This document shows, in pieces, positions 8,400 through 16,354 of a DNA stretch of 19,756 nucleotides. The number at the start of each line of letters is the position of its first letter. The first letter of the stretch is position 1. Source of the stretch: Candidatus Odinarchaeota archaeon (GTDB lineage Archaea; Asgardarchaeota; Odinarchaeia; Odinarchaeales; Odinarchaeaceae); contig JAWBON010000020.1 of NCBI GenBank assembly GCA_038826135.1, positions 1 through 19,756 of the forward strand, in the 5' to 3' direction. The position numbers and the translations under genes are program-made. The notes beneath the pieces are model-generated. The model ran no database searches. It saw only the letters and a list, made by a program, of their open reading frames with translations, and was not told the DNA's origin.

Positions 8400-9608
8400 T
8401 TAATCCGATGCAACCTTATAATCTGGTTTTTTCTTTATTCTAGCAACACCGCTTTTAATAGCCGCTTTAGCTGTTTCAGAGGCTAATCTAACAACAACTT
8501 TTTTATTCAGCATAGATGGTAAAATATTATCTTCCGAGAGCTCGCTATCTGGAATAATGCTTGCTAACGCCTTAACCGCCGCCATCTTCATCTCCATGTT
8601 TATAGTTTTCGCTCTAGTATCCAGAGCCCCCCGAAATATTCCAGGGAAAACCAGCGAATTATTTACTTGATTCGGTAGATCTGATCTGCCTGTTGCTACA
8701 ATTTTCGCACCTGCTTTTTTAGCTTTATCAGGCATTATCTCCGGCACAGGGTTGGTTAATGCGAATACTACAGCATCCCGGCTCATCACCATTATATGTT
8801 CCGGTTTAATCAAATTAGGGATTGTGCTTAACCCTATTACAACATCCGCGCCTTTTAACGCAACCTCGAAGTTTCCTTCCACACTCTCCTTATTTACAAT
8901 TTCAAGAATTTCTTTTTTCTCAGGGTCTAGGTCACTTCTCCCACGGTGAATTATACCTTTACTATCACATAGTATTATGTTTCTACACCCTGCTGTGTGA
9001 AGGTATTTAGTAACCGAGATACCTGCTGCACCTGCCCCTATGACAACAGCTTTGATACCGGTGATTTTTTTGCCGACTATTTTTAGACTGTTTAATAAGG
9101 CTGCTAAGGTTACAATCGCTGTACCGTGTTGATCATCATGGAATACCGGGATTTCAAGCCTTTTTTGAAGCTCGCTTTCTATCAAGAAGCATTTAGGTTT
9201 CTCAATATCCTCTAAGTTGATACCTGAAAAGTTGGGGGCTATTGCGAACACTGTGTTTATTATTTCAACAGGCTCCTTAACTTTCAAAGCGAGCGGGATT
9301 GCGTTTATTCCAGCGAATAATTTGAATATAACAGATTTACCTTCTAAAACAGGTATACATGCTAAATCTCCTATATTACCCAGACCTAAAACTCTTGACC
9401 CATCGGAGATAACAGCGATAGTGTTCTCTTTAGCTGTAAACTCATATACTTTATCGGGTTTTTCAGCGATTAAACTGCATGGGGCGGCTACACCTGGGGT
9501 GTATATTAAAGACAGGTCACGCATCGATTTCACGTCTACACGCGGTGTTAACTCGATCTTGCCTTTAAGGATTTTATGAAGCTTAATTGAATCTTTATAA
9601 GTGTCCAT
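8400..9608 (-). CDS. NAD(P)-dependent malic enzyme (short prokaryotic type)
   Basis: YTPGVA, SDGSRVLGLGNIG, EGKSVIFK, NLEDI, FHDDQHGTAIV, GAGAAG, ATGRSDLPNQVNNSLVFPGIFRGALD. Confidence 0.95.
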   Translation of the reverse strand: MDTYKDSIKLHKILKGKIELTPRVDVKSMRDLSLIYTPGVAAPCSLIAEKPDKVYEFTAKENTIAVISDGSRVLGLGNIGDLACIPVLEGKSVIFKLFAGINAIPLALKVKEPVEIINTVFAIAPNFSGINLEDIEKPKCFLIESELQKRLEIPVFHDDQHGTAIVTLAALLNSLKIVGKKITGIKAVVIGAGAAGISVTKYLHTAGCRNIILCDSKGIIHRGRSDLDPEKKEILEIVNKESVEGNFEVALKGADVVIGLSTIPNLIKPEHIMVMSRDAVVFALTNPVPEIMPDKAKKAGAKIVATGRSDLPNQVNNSLVFPGIFRGALDTRAKTINMEMKMAAVKALASIIPDSELSEDNILPSMLNKKVVVRLASETAKAAIKSGVARIKKKPDYKVASD

Positions 9609-9643
9609 TATTGATTCGCCTGTTAAATTATAAGAATTGTATG

Positions 9644-9651
9644 AAAAAAAA
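9644..9651 (-). terminator. Oligo(U) archaeal-type terminator after fibrillarin
   Basis: Run of 8 T on the minus strand, 8 nt past the flpA stop. Confidence 0.4.
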
Positions 9652-9659
9652 TCTAAAAC

Positions 9660-10352
9660 TCATTGTTTCTTTAATGAGCCGAGTATAAAAATGTGATCGG
9701 AAGTGTATGGTTCAAGTCTTAATTTCTGTTTTATGAGGAAACCGTTTTTCTCTAAAAATTCTATTTCACCTTTAAATATCTCCGCCGGGGGTTTCGTAAC
9801 ATCTATCGACCTTGCTTTTATCGTTATCATAATGTTTCCAGCAGGTTTAAGGTACAGGCGAGCGTTATCGACAAGTATTTTTGATTGATCCGGTTGAGCT
9901 ACATCGCAGTAAATTATGTCAACTAAGCCGCAGAGCGGGGAATATCTATCAGGGAACCGAGCGTCAGCTAATATGGGAAGCATGTTTTTCCTATCTTCAC
10001 ATATTGTAGTAAGATCTCGTATAGATCTGGGAGAGAATTCTATACAGTATAATCTACCCTGGTTTCCTATTATATCAGATATGTGACTGCATGTTGTACC
10101 TGAAGCGGCGCCGAGATATAATATATGAGAGCCTTCTCTTACAGGAAGCTCCTCCAGCCCGTTTAGAAGAGCGGCGGCTAATTTGCTTCTAAAAGGATCC
10201 CATGTTCTAAGCTCTTCATTTCTGAATTTTATTAATATTTCATCGTATACTTTTTTACCTGGTGTAAGGTTGATTGTAGCTAAGAAACGTTTACCTGTAT
10301 CGTTAACTTGATATATTCCAGTGAAATTTTTAAACTCTGATATCTCAATCAT
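9660..10352 (-). CDS. flpA: Fibrillarin-like rRNA/tRNA 2'-O-methyltransferase
   Basis: NLTPGKKVYDE, WDPFRSKLAAA, LYLGAASGTTCSHISD, DVAQPDQ, KARSIDVT, LEPY..DH; directly downstream of nop5. Confidence 0.98.
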   Translation of the reverse strand: MIEISEFKNFTGIYQVNDTGKRFLATINLTPGKKVYDEILIKFRNEELRTWDPFRSKLAAALLNGLEELPVREGSHILYLGAASGTTCSHISDIIGNQGRLYCIEFSPRSIRDLTTICEDRKNMLPILADARFPDRYSPLCGLVDIIYCDVAQPDQSKILVDNARLYLKPAGNIMITIKARSIDVTKPPAEIFKGEIEFLEKNGFLIKQKLRLEPYTSDHIFILGSLKKQ

Positions 10353-10362
10353 TTATTTCACT

Positions 10363-11604
10363 TCATCTCCTCTTTTTACTTAAAACTTTTTTAGAAAGTT
10401 TAATTTTTTCTTTCCGGCTTGTTTTTGTTTTCTTAGTTTTTTCAGGCGGATTCCTATATTTTTTCTTAATCTCCGATATTCTCTTATCTAGAGCGTCTGA
10501 GATGTTCATGTTAATATTAGGTGAATAATAGTCGAGGCGGGCGGCTATGGCGAGCTTCCCTGCTAATGCCCTAGCTATTTTCCCCCTCTGCCATTTCGGA
10601 GCATTATGGATAAGGGGATGCTGAAATATTATACCGTGTTTGGGTGGTCTATCACCTGATTTTAAATATGTGAAAAGAGCCTTCTCTGCACCTAGTATTT
10701 GAATTTTACTAGCTGGCATTTTTGCAAGGTTAGCTAAACCGCCTGCTAAGCTGATTAATCTAGCTCCAAGGGTTGAGCCGGCTAAAGACTTGATATTAGG
10801 TGAAACCTCCTCCATAGCTTGATCTATGTAGTCTTCTAGACGTGTTCTTGTTTCAAATTCGTTGACTATCATGTTAGCATATAATTTTATAATGTTGATA
10901 TCGTTCGGTATCAGATTGGCTCCTAAACTTTTAGAAACAGAGTTTATTATTAACTCAGCCCTTTTATCAGGGATACCTAATTCCACAAGTTTTTGAAGAG
11001 TGAGGTTTTCTTTAAACCCTATTTCACTTATAATTTTACTATATGTTTGATGGTTGGATACCAGGTCATTAATTTCAGGGAAGTGGAGACTAAACCATTC
11101 TCTAAGTCGGGATGCGTTTAAATTAAGGTTTTTATCTAGGTCGTTCAGCGCTTCTATAGCTTGAACGATTAGCATATCTCGCCTAGAGGCGGATACTTTA
11201 ATTTTCTCGCTAGTATATGTTAAGCAGATTTTATTAAGAAACTTGTTAACTTCAACAGAGCTTTTAAAACCACCGTAGCTGGTTAGTAGACTATCGTAAT
11301 CAGCTTTAACTTTTACGGTTACATTATTATTTTTTTCTAAGACTATTTTTAGGTCTTTAGCAGCCACGGTTTTTTTAATAAGCTCGTATAATTGTTCAGT
11401 GTCGCATATTATTGTTGAATAATTATTAGATAAAAGTTCACTCAAGATTTCTTCAGCTTCAGATAGTTTCTTACCGTTCTCAATATCTAGTATTTTATGT
11501 GCAATCAGCTGGGGGTTTAATTCAAATCTTTTAATCCCCACTAATATATTAGATTCGTTAAAAGCCATAAACCCTAGGGGTGTTAAAGACAGGTATGCTT
11601 TCAA
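10363..11604 (-). CDS. nop5: C/D box methylation guide RNP protein Nop5 (Nop56/58 homolog)
   Basis: RLREWFSLHFPE, SPNIKSLAGSTLGARLISLAGGL, PASKIQILGAEKALF, PPKHGIIFQHP, RGKIARALAGKLAIAARLD, Lys-rich tail; TTG start after a GGTGG SD. Confidence 0.97.
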   Translation of the reverse strand: MKAYLSLTPLGFMAFNESNILVGIKRFELNPQLIAHKILDIENGKKLSEAEEILSELLSNNYSTIICDTEQLYELIKKTVAAKDLKIVLEKNNNVTVKVKADYDSLLTSYGGFKSSVEVNKFLNKICLTYTSEKIKVSASRRDMLIVQAIEALNDLDKNLNLNASRLREWFSLHFPEINDLVSNHQTYSKIISEIGFKENLTLQKLVELGIPDKRAELIINSVSKSLGANLIPNDINIIKLYANMIVNEFETRTRLEDYIDQAMEEVSPNIKSLAGSTLGARLISLAGGLANLAKMPASKIQILGAEKALFTYLKSGDRPPKHGIIFQHPLIHNAPKWQRGKIARALAGKLAIAARLDYYSPNINMNISDALDKRISEIKKKYRNPPEKTKKTKTSRKEKIKLSKKVLSKKRR

Positions 11605-11704
11605 CTTTCAACCACCTTTCAATAGAGAAGTAATAATAGCTAATTAACTTTTACACGTTTTTTTAATCTTTATTTTAGTTAAGCCTATTTAATAACTTAA
11701 CAAG

Positions 11705-12586
11705 TTATAATTCTCTTAATCTATCTATCAATTTAATAAACTCATTAAATTTTCTATTATTATCTGCTATAGGGAAGCTGAATATAACCTCTGAGACACC
11801 GATTTTCTTTAATTCAATCACCCGTTTTTCAAAATCATCAATTGAGCCGGTTAACCCGAAGTAATCGGTTAAAAAGTCTTCCATATTTTTTATTCCCGTA
11901 ATATCCTTCTCTGAATAATGCTTCCTAATTTCTTGAATTTGTTCAACTATCTTTAATTCTAAGGCTATTCTGGCAGGCAACTCTGCAGCTATGAAGGCAC
12001 ATATCCTTAAAAACTTATTTAACCCGTTTTCACCGGGCAAATAAGATACGGGGCCTATTGCTAAAACCCTGTTTTTCAACCGGGTTCTTTCAATAACTAA
12101 TTTAATAATTTTAGGAGATAATGAATTAATTATCACCCCGTCAAATTCTTGGCCTAGTTTTTTTATAGTATTAAATCCGATAGCGCCCAAGTACACTGGT
12201 AGACCTAGATTGAAAACCTCTCTGTATATTTGTAGATAGCGTTCAAATAATTCAAGTGTTTTAACATTCGTCTTACCTATTTTTTCTAAGTGTTTATCAC
12301 CGCCTCTTCCTAAACCTATTATAAATCTTCGACCAAACGTATCCTGTAACAATTTGAAGGCTTGAAACAATTGGAATGGCCTATGCATGTGAACTGAGAT
12401 TATAGAGGTACCTATCATTATATTACTAGTTTTACAGGCTACTGTAGCTAGAACAGGATAGATATGACGGTGTTCCGGGCCTTCACCTAACCAGATACTG
12501 TCAACGCCAGCTTTCTCTATTATCACACATTTTTTAACCAGCGTTTTAATATCGCTTACCCCATCTATATTTAATCCTATTTTCAA
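11705..12586 (-). CDS. Divergent, shortened Mer-like LLM-class F420-dependent oxidoreductase
   Basis: Luciferase-like barrel pattern (AGVDSIWLGE, FIIGLGRG, PVYLGA, DGVIINS) with Mer-like C-terminal blocks (ICAFIAA, FGLTGSIDDF, GVSEVIFSFPI). The canonical Mer WITDH motif is absent. TTG start 1 nt after the upstream stop. Confidence 0.8.
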   Translation of the reverse strand: MKIGLNIDGVSDIKTLVKKCVIIEKAGVDSIWLGEGPEHRHIYPVLATVACKTSNIMIGTSIISVHMHRPFQLFQAFKLLQDTFGRRFIIGLGRGGDKHLEKIGKTNVKTLELFERYLQIYREVFNLGLPVYLGAIGFNTIKKLGQEFDGVIINSLSPKIIKLVIERTRLKNRVLAIGPVSYLPGENGLNKFLRICAFIAAELPARIALELKIVEQIQEIRKHYSEKDITGIKNMEDFLTDYFGLTGSIDDFEKRVIELKKIGVSEVIFSFPIADNNRKFNEFIKLIDRLREL

Positions 12587-12587
12587 T

Positions 12588-13586
12588 TTATTTTCTCCAC
12601 AAGTTTTCAGGTCGCATAATTTGAATGACTTTAAACGGTTTTGAACCGAATGGCGGGCCTATTATAACCTCATCTATACCCATATTTTTTATTTTAAAAA
12701 AAGTCTCTTTGATTTCATCTATAGCGCCGAAAATACAGAATTCACGGATTAGATCATCTGTTACATATTCCATAGCCGCGGCTTTATGACCTTTAAAAAA
12801 CTCTGAGCGGATTAGACTAGTTAATTCTTTATCTAAGCCTAGCTCATTTAATAGTGAACTACTCATACTGGAGATTATCGTTAAAACCACGTCTTTAGCT
12901 AATTTCAGGTCACCCGCATCTTTTGATAGAATGAATCCGTTCCAAAGTATTTTCCGGATGTGGCTAGGATTACGCCCCGCTTTAAAAGCTGATTTTTCAA
13001 CTATGTTTACGGATTTATTTAGTGTTTTTAAAGGGGTGCTGAAAATAACCCCGTCAGCGATTCGCCCAGCTAATTCAAGAAGTTTCGGACCTCTAACTCC
13101 TAGAAAAATCGGGATAGAGCATTTTGCAAATGAGAGTTTGAAATCCACTAGCTTCTCATCATGATCTTCGAAATCAACAGGCTCTTGATTGAATATTTTT
13201 TTTAGAGCAGTAACAGTGTTCTGGAGTTTGCTTATAACGTTTACCGGATTTAAGCCTGTTAAACTCTTCACTTCAACGCTTCCGCCAACTCCCAGTCCTA
13301 AAATAAAATTATTTTCAGTTATTTCACATAACGTAAGAGAGGCTGAAGCTATTGTGGAGAGAGGGTATACGTAGGGGCTTATAACCCCTAACCCTATTTG
13401 AATGTTTTTTACATGATTAGCTATTATAGAAGTGTATGTAAACACCTCTGCTTTAAGTATGTCGTCTCCAACCCATATCGTGGAGTAATTGCTTTTATCA
13501 GCCTTTACAGATAATTTTAAAGACAGGTCTACAGGTATACCCGTAGTTACCCCGAGCGATATATCAGGTAGATGAGTTTTTCTCAT
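12588..13586 (-). CDS. Mer-like (5,10-methylene-H4MPT reductase subfamily) LLM-class F420-dependent oxidoreductase
   Basis: IGLGVISPY, FILGLGVG, IPIFLGVRGPKLLELAGRIADGVIF, KAGRN, VTDDLIREFCIFG, GIDEVIIGPPFG are all collinear with Mer; WVGDD replaces WITDH. Confidence 0.85.
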   Translation of the reverse strand: MRKTHLPDISLGVTTGIPVDLSLKLSVKADKSNYSTIWVGDDILKAEVFTYTSIIANHVKNIQIGLGVISPYVYPLSTIASASLTLCEITENNFILGLGVGGSVEVKSLTGLNPVNVISKLQNTVTALKKIFNQEPVDFEDHDEKLVDFKLSFAKCSIPIFLGVRGPKLLELAGRIADGVIFSTPLKTLNKSVNIVEKSAFKAGRNPSHIRKILWNGFILSKDAGDLKLAKDVVLTIISSMSSSLLNELGLDKELTSLIRSEFFKGHKAAAMEYVTDDLIREFCIFGAIDEIKETFFKIKNMGIDEVIIGPPFGSKPFKVIQIMRPENLWRK

Positions 13587-13609
13587 TAAAAGAGTATTAT
13601 ATTATCTTA

Positions 13610-14377
13610 CTATTGATAAGATTTTTCAGATATCTGCAGTCTGAGAACATCCGTTTTGACAAGTGCAGTTATTATAAGAGCGGCGAATATGGATTGAGCT
13701 GCTCTTATTAAAATGTAAAGGTACGGGTATATTAAGAAGTAGAATCTAACTGTCTCAACCGACATGCCGAAGATTCCATTGTAAACTAACGGGTAGGAGA
13801 ACACGACGGTGCCTAGAAGATTATCTAGTATATTACCTACAAGGGCTATTAGGAAGATTACGAGGAAACCGTATTTAACAGGGTTGGTAGAGTTAAGCGG
13901 TTTAATCTTGTTAAAAACGTGTAGGGCAGGATAAAATAGGAGTAGACCGATTATTTTATCGTATAATACGGCTACTGTTTCAATCGGGTATGATGTTGGA
14001 GGCCATAGGGGTGGGGATATTATTTGCAGTATTATTAAAATAATATAGGTGAGGGTTACTGCTATTAACGCTGTTCTATGTTTCTTATAAACGATTACGC
14101 CTATGAAGAGAGCATTAACAGCAGGGTTGAATAAGAAGGGTAAGCCGAATATGCCGCTGCCGAGTATAAGCCATGAGACAACCGACCCTAGGAGGGCTGT
14201 TAGAAATCCGATGTACGGTCCTAGTAGAACTCCTATTACAACTGCGAATCCGGCTTCGAACTGGATTTCAACACCGGGGGCGACTGGGATCCCTGGTAGT
14301 ATTGATATTACAACATATAGTGCCGCTATTAACGCGATTAGGGTTATGTTATATGTAAAGTTATTTTTTCTAATCAT
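13610..14377 (-). CDS. ECF-type transporter substrate-binding (S) component, substrate unknown
   Basis: About 7 hydrophobic segments; TM1 has AxxxA (ALIAA), followed by VIGVLLGPYIGFLTALLGS, typical of ECF S-components. ATG 14377 preferred because the track start 14425 would cover the divergent promoter. Confidence 0.75.
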   Translation of the reverse strand: MIRKNNFTYNITLIALIAALYVVISILPGIPVAPGVEIQFEAGFAVVIGVLLGPYIGFLTALLGSVVSWLILGSGIFGLPFLFNPAVNALFIGVIVYKKHRTALIAVTLTYIILIILQIISPPLWPPTSYPIETVAVLYDKIIGLLLFYPALHVFNKIKPLNSTNPVKYGFLVIFLIALVGNILDNLLGTVVFSYPLVYNGIFGMSVETVRFYFLIYPYLYILIRAAQSIFAALIITALVKTDVLRLQISEKSYQ

Positions 14378-14423
14378 GTACAACACTATGTAAATTAATA
14401 CATTGCAGTGTAGTTTATTACAC
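14369..14423. promoter_or_regulatory. Array of three palindromic TGTA-N6-TACA sites with a 20-bp period (putative operator)
   Basis: TCTA-ATCATG-TACA (14369-14382, 1 mismatch), ATGTA-AATTAA-TACAT (14388-14403), GTGTA-GTTTAT-TACAC (14408-14423). They lie just before a TATATAAATA box (14428-14437) in the ECF-S/wHTH divergent spacer. Confidence 0.6.
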
Positions 14424-14458
14424 ATGATATATAAATATTTCCCAGATAAATATAGTAG

Positions 14459-14968
14459 ATGGTGGAAACTATGAGTAAGAACGACATATGGCCTTATGTA
14501 ATGATACTACCAGGCTCTAAAAACGAGCTTAAAAAAATGTTTAACATATTATTCAGATCCAATATACCTTTAGAGATAGTCGCATTATTCGATAATTTTG
14601 AAAAAATATACCAGTCGGATATTATAAAAAAATTTAAGTCGCATTCGAATAAATCCGTTTTAAACCATCTTAAACAATTAGTTGATACTAGAATTTTAGA
14701 AAGCGGGATAGAAAAAATTAAAAAAGATCATAGAAGTTTTTGGGCTAAATGGTACAAGCTCACCAGTATAGGTCGTTACATATTATCGATATTCAACCCG
14801 AAAATCGATAATGAAAGAGTGAGAGTTTTGATTAAAGAATTATTCAACATCTATGTTACAAAGGTGATAAAAATAGCCGGAGACTACGGGATCAGCTTAG
14901 ATGAGTTAAACAGTCTTTTTAAAGAAGCTTTAGAGAAATCGACAGGTGAGATAAAACATGTCAAGTGA
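14459..14968 (+). CDS. Winged helix-turn-helix transcriptional regulator (ArsR/MarR-like fold) with C-terminal helical domain
   Basis: IYQSDII...SNKSVLNHLKQLVDTRIL (recognition helix), wing WAKWYKLTSIG; overlaps mptD by 11 nt. Confidence 0.75.
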   Translation: MVETMSKNDIWPYVMILPGSKNELKKMFNILFRSNIPLEIVALFDNFEKIYQSDIIKKFKSHSNKSVLNHLKQLVDTRILESGIEKIKKDHRSFWAKWYKLTSIGRYILSIFNPKIDNERVRVLIKELFNIYVTKVIKIAGDYGISLDELNSLFKEALEKSTGEIKHVK

Positions 14969-15341
14969 AGATGAAGCGAAGAGGTTTTTCCCACAGGATT
15001 TAACGGATAGAGATAGAGCTGTTTTCGAAGCTGGAGTAAAAATCGGTGCGGTATACCATCAGTTTATTGGAGCGCCAATACCGCGTGAAAAAAAGAGTTT
15101 AAAAATATTAGAGGCCGCTATAGAGGAAAGCGTGAAAACACAGCCATGGGTTAAAAACGTTAAGGTGAGTTTAAAGCCGAGAATTCGAAGAGGAGCGTAT
15201 AGTTACGATGAAATCTCTAAAAATAACATAACTGTTTGGTTAAACATAAAATATAATACAGTTGAGGTTGAAGCCGTCTTAAAATATAATGAGGAACTAA
15301 AATATCCTTTAGCTTATATAAAAAATATTAAAAAATTTTGA
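14958..15341 (+). CDS. mptD: Archaeal dihydroneopterin aldolase MptD
   Basis: LTDRDRAVFEAGVKIGAVYHQFIGAP, LEAAIEESVKTQPWV, YNEELKYPL match the MptD (MJ0408-type) family signature. Confidence 0.9.
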   Translation: MSSEDEAKRFFPQDLTDRDRAVFEAGVKIGAVYHQFIGAPIPREKKSLKILEAAIEESVKTQPWVKNVKVSLKPRIRRGAYSYDEISKNNITVWLNIKYNTVEVEAVLKYNEELKYPLAYIKNIKKF

Positions 15342-15342
15342 A

Positions 15343-16167
15343 TCACTTAGGCTTCTCTAAAAGCTTCAGCTTCTTAAGAAGTTTACCGTTTACATCGTGA
15401 GGTTCTCTTAAAAGAGTGTCAGAGTTCTTCTCGATTTCCCTAGCCTCCTCTACTAGTTTAGCAGCTGAAGATAATATTTCATGAGCTGCCGCTGTTAAAA
15501 GCGTGTAATGCTGCCAATCATGAATTTTGAAACAAGCCTCATAATTAATTTTACCCACCAACTCCGCCATTTTAAAAGCGGCTACAGCCTTCACATTAGA
15601 GTAACTATTATTAAAAGGAAGGTTACCAAGCAGAAAAGAGGAGTCTATAACAATATACGGGAGGTTGAGAGATTTTTTATCAAGACTTTCAATCACACCG
15701 TCGATTATTTTAACAATAATTCTGAACACTCCCACGCCTGCCAGCACATCTATAATATTAGAGTTGAAAACCGTCATCTCTGTAGGGTCTAAAAACTCCC
15801 GTCTGGCACCTATCATCGGATCAGCTGTTATAATAATATATCCCACACCCTTATTTTTAAGATCTTCAATTATTTTTAAAGACGGAGAGTCGCTTATCAA
15901 TATCAACGGGCTGCCAGTACTTCTAAGCTTTTCAATAACGGTCACGCAATGGCTTAGAGTAGCGTTAGGTGTTATTAGAATAGTTAAATCATGCGGCCAC
16001 TTCACCAAGTCACTAATATTATCCTCTAAATGAGGCCCCACCATCTTAGAGCCTGAGCCGAAAACTCTGAATAGAATATTTTCCCGTTCAGCTCTCTCAT
16101 CGAATAGAAACTCGAACAGGGGAGATACTCCCAGATTACCCATTTTTAAAACAGCGATTTTAAACAT
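15343..16167 (-). CDS. mtd: F420-dependent methylene-tetrahydromethanopterin dehydrogenase
   Basis: KMGNLG, DERAERE, GSGSKM, ADPMIGARREFLDPTEM, AAHE, EAREIEK...LREPH. ATG 16167 preferred; the track start is 16185. Confidence 0.95.
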   Translation of the reverse strand: MFKIAVLKMGNLGVSPLFEFLFDERAERENILFRVFGSGSKMVGPHLEDNISDLVKWPHDLTILITPNATLSHCVTVIEKLRSTGSPLILISDSPSLKIIEDLKNKGVGYIIITADPMIGARREFLDPTEMTVFNSNIIDVLAGVGVFRIIVKIIDGVIESLDKKSLNLPYIVIDSSFLLGNLPFNNSYSNVKAVAAFKMAELVGKINYEACFKIHDWQHYTLLTAAAHEILSSAAKLVEEAREIEKNSDTLLREPHDVNGKLLKKLKLLEKPK

Positions 16168-16354
16168 GGATAAGATTATTCTCAAACTATTTTAAAAGCG
16201 TATTTCATACTTTAATTAATATTAACATTAAAGAAGGAACGTCTTCAGATAATAAGATAAATAAGATTTAGAAATAATTATTTACTATATTTGCTCCTGA
16301 TATTTAAGTGAAAAATCAGGGTAATACTTATTATCTATGGTGGGAGGGTTAAAT

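Noticed and set aside
10363-10450. Lys-rich Nop5 tail as a eukaryote-like KKE/D signature
   Set aside because: Basic tails are common in archaeal Nop5 and this one has no KKE/D repeat structure.
11678-11701. Inverted repeat GTTAAG-N12-CTTAAC around a TATA-like box between the LLM gene and nop5
   Set aside because: Only 6-bp AT-rich arms and a single copy; it cannot be told apart from chance.
11705-13586. Assigning the gene symbol mer to either LLM gene
   Set aside because: Both lack the canonical WITDH motif, so only subfamily-level similarity is supportable.
9660-15341. Selenocysteine or other read-through at the TGA stops of flpA, nop5 and mptD
   Set aside because: All three proteins are already full length at the TGA and no SECIS-like element was seen.
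757-16282. Palindrome AATAATTATT at 757-766, 5718-5727 and 16273-16282
   Set aside because: It also occurs inside nop5 coding sequence (11418-11427), is all A/T in an AT-rich genome, and twice merely abuts or overlaps stop codons.
16296-16320. Inverted repeat CCTGAT...ATCAGG bracketing TATTTAAG upstream of the phosphorylase
   Set aside because: It could be an operator, but it is a single short instance unrelated to the TGTA-N6-TACA motif, with no other support.
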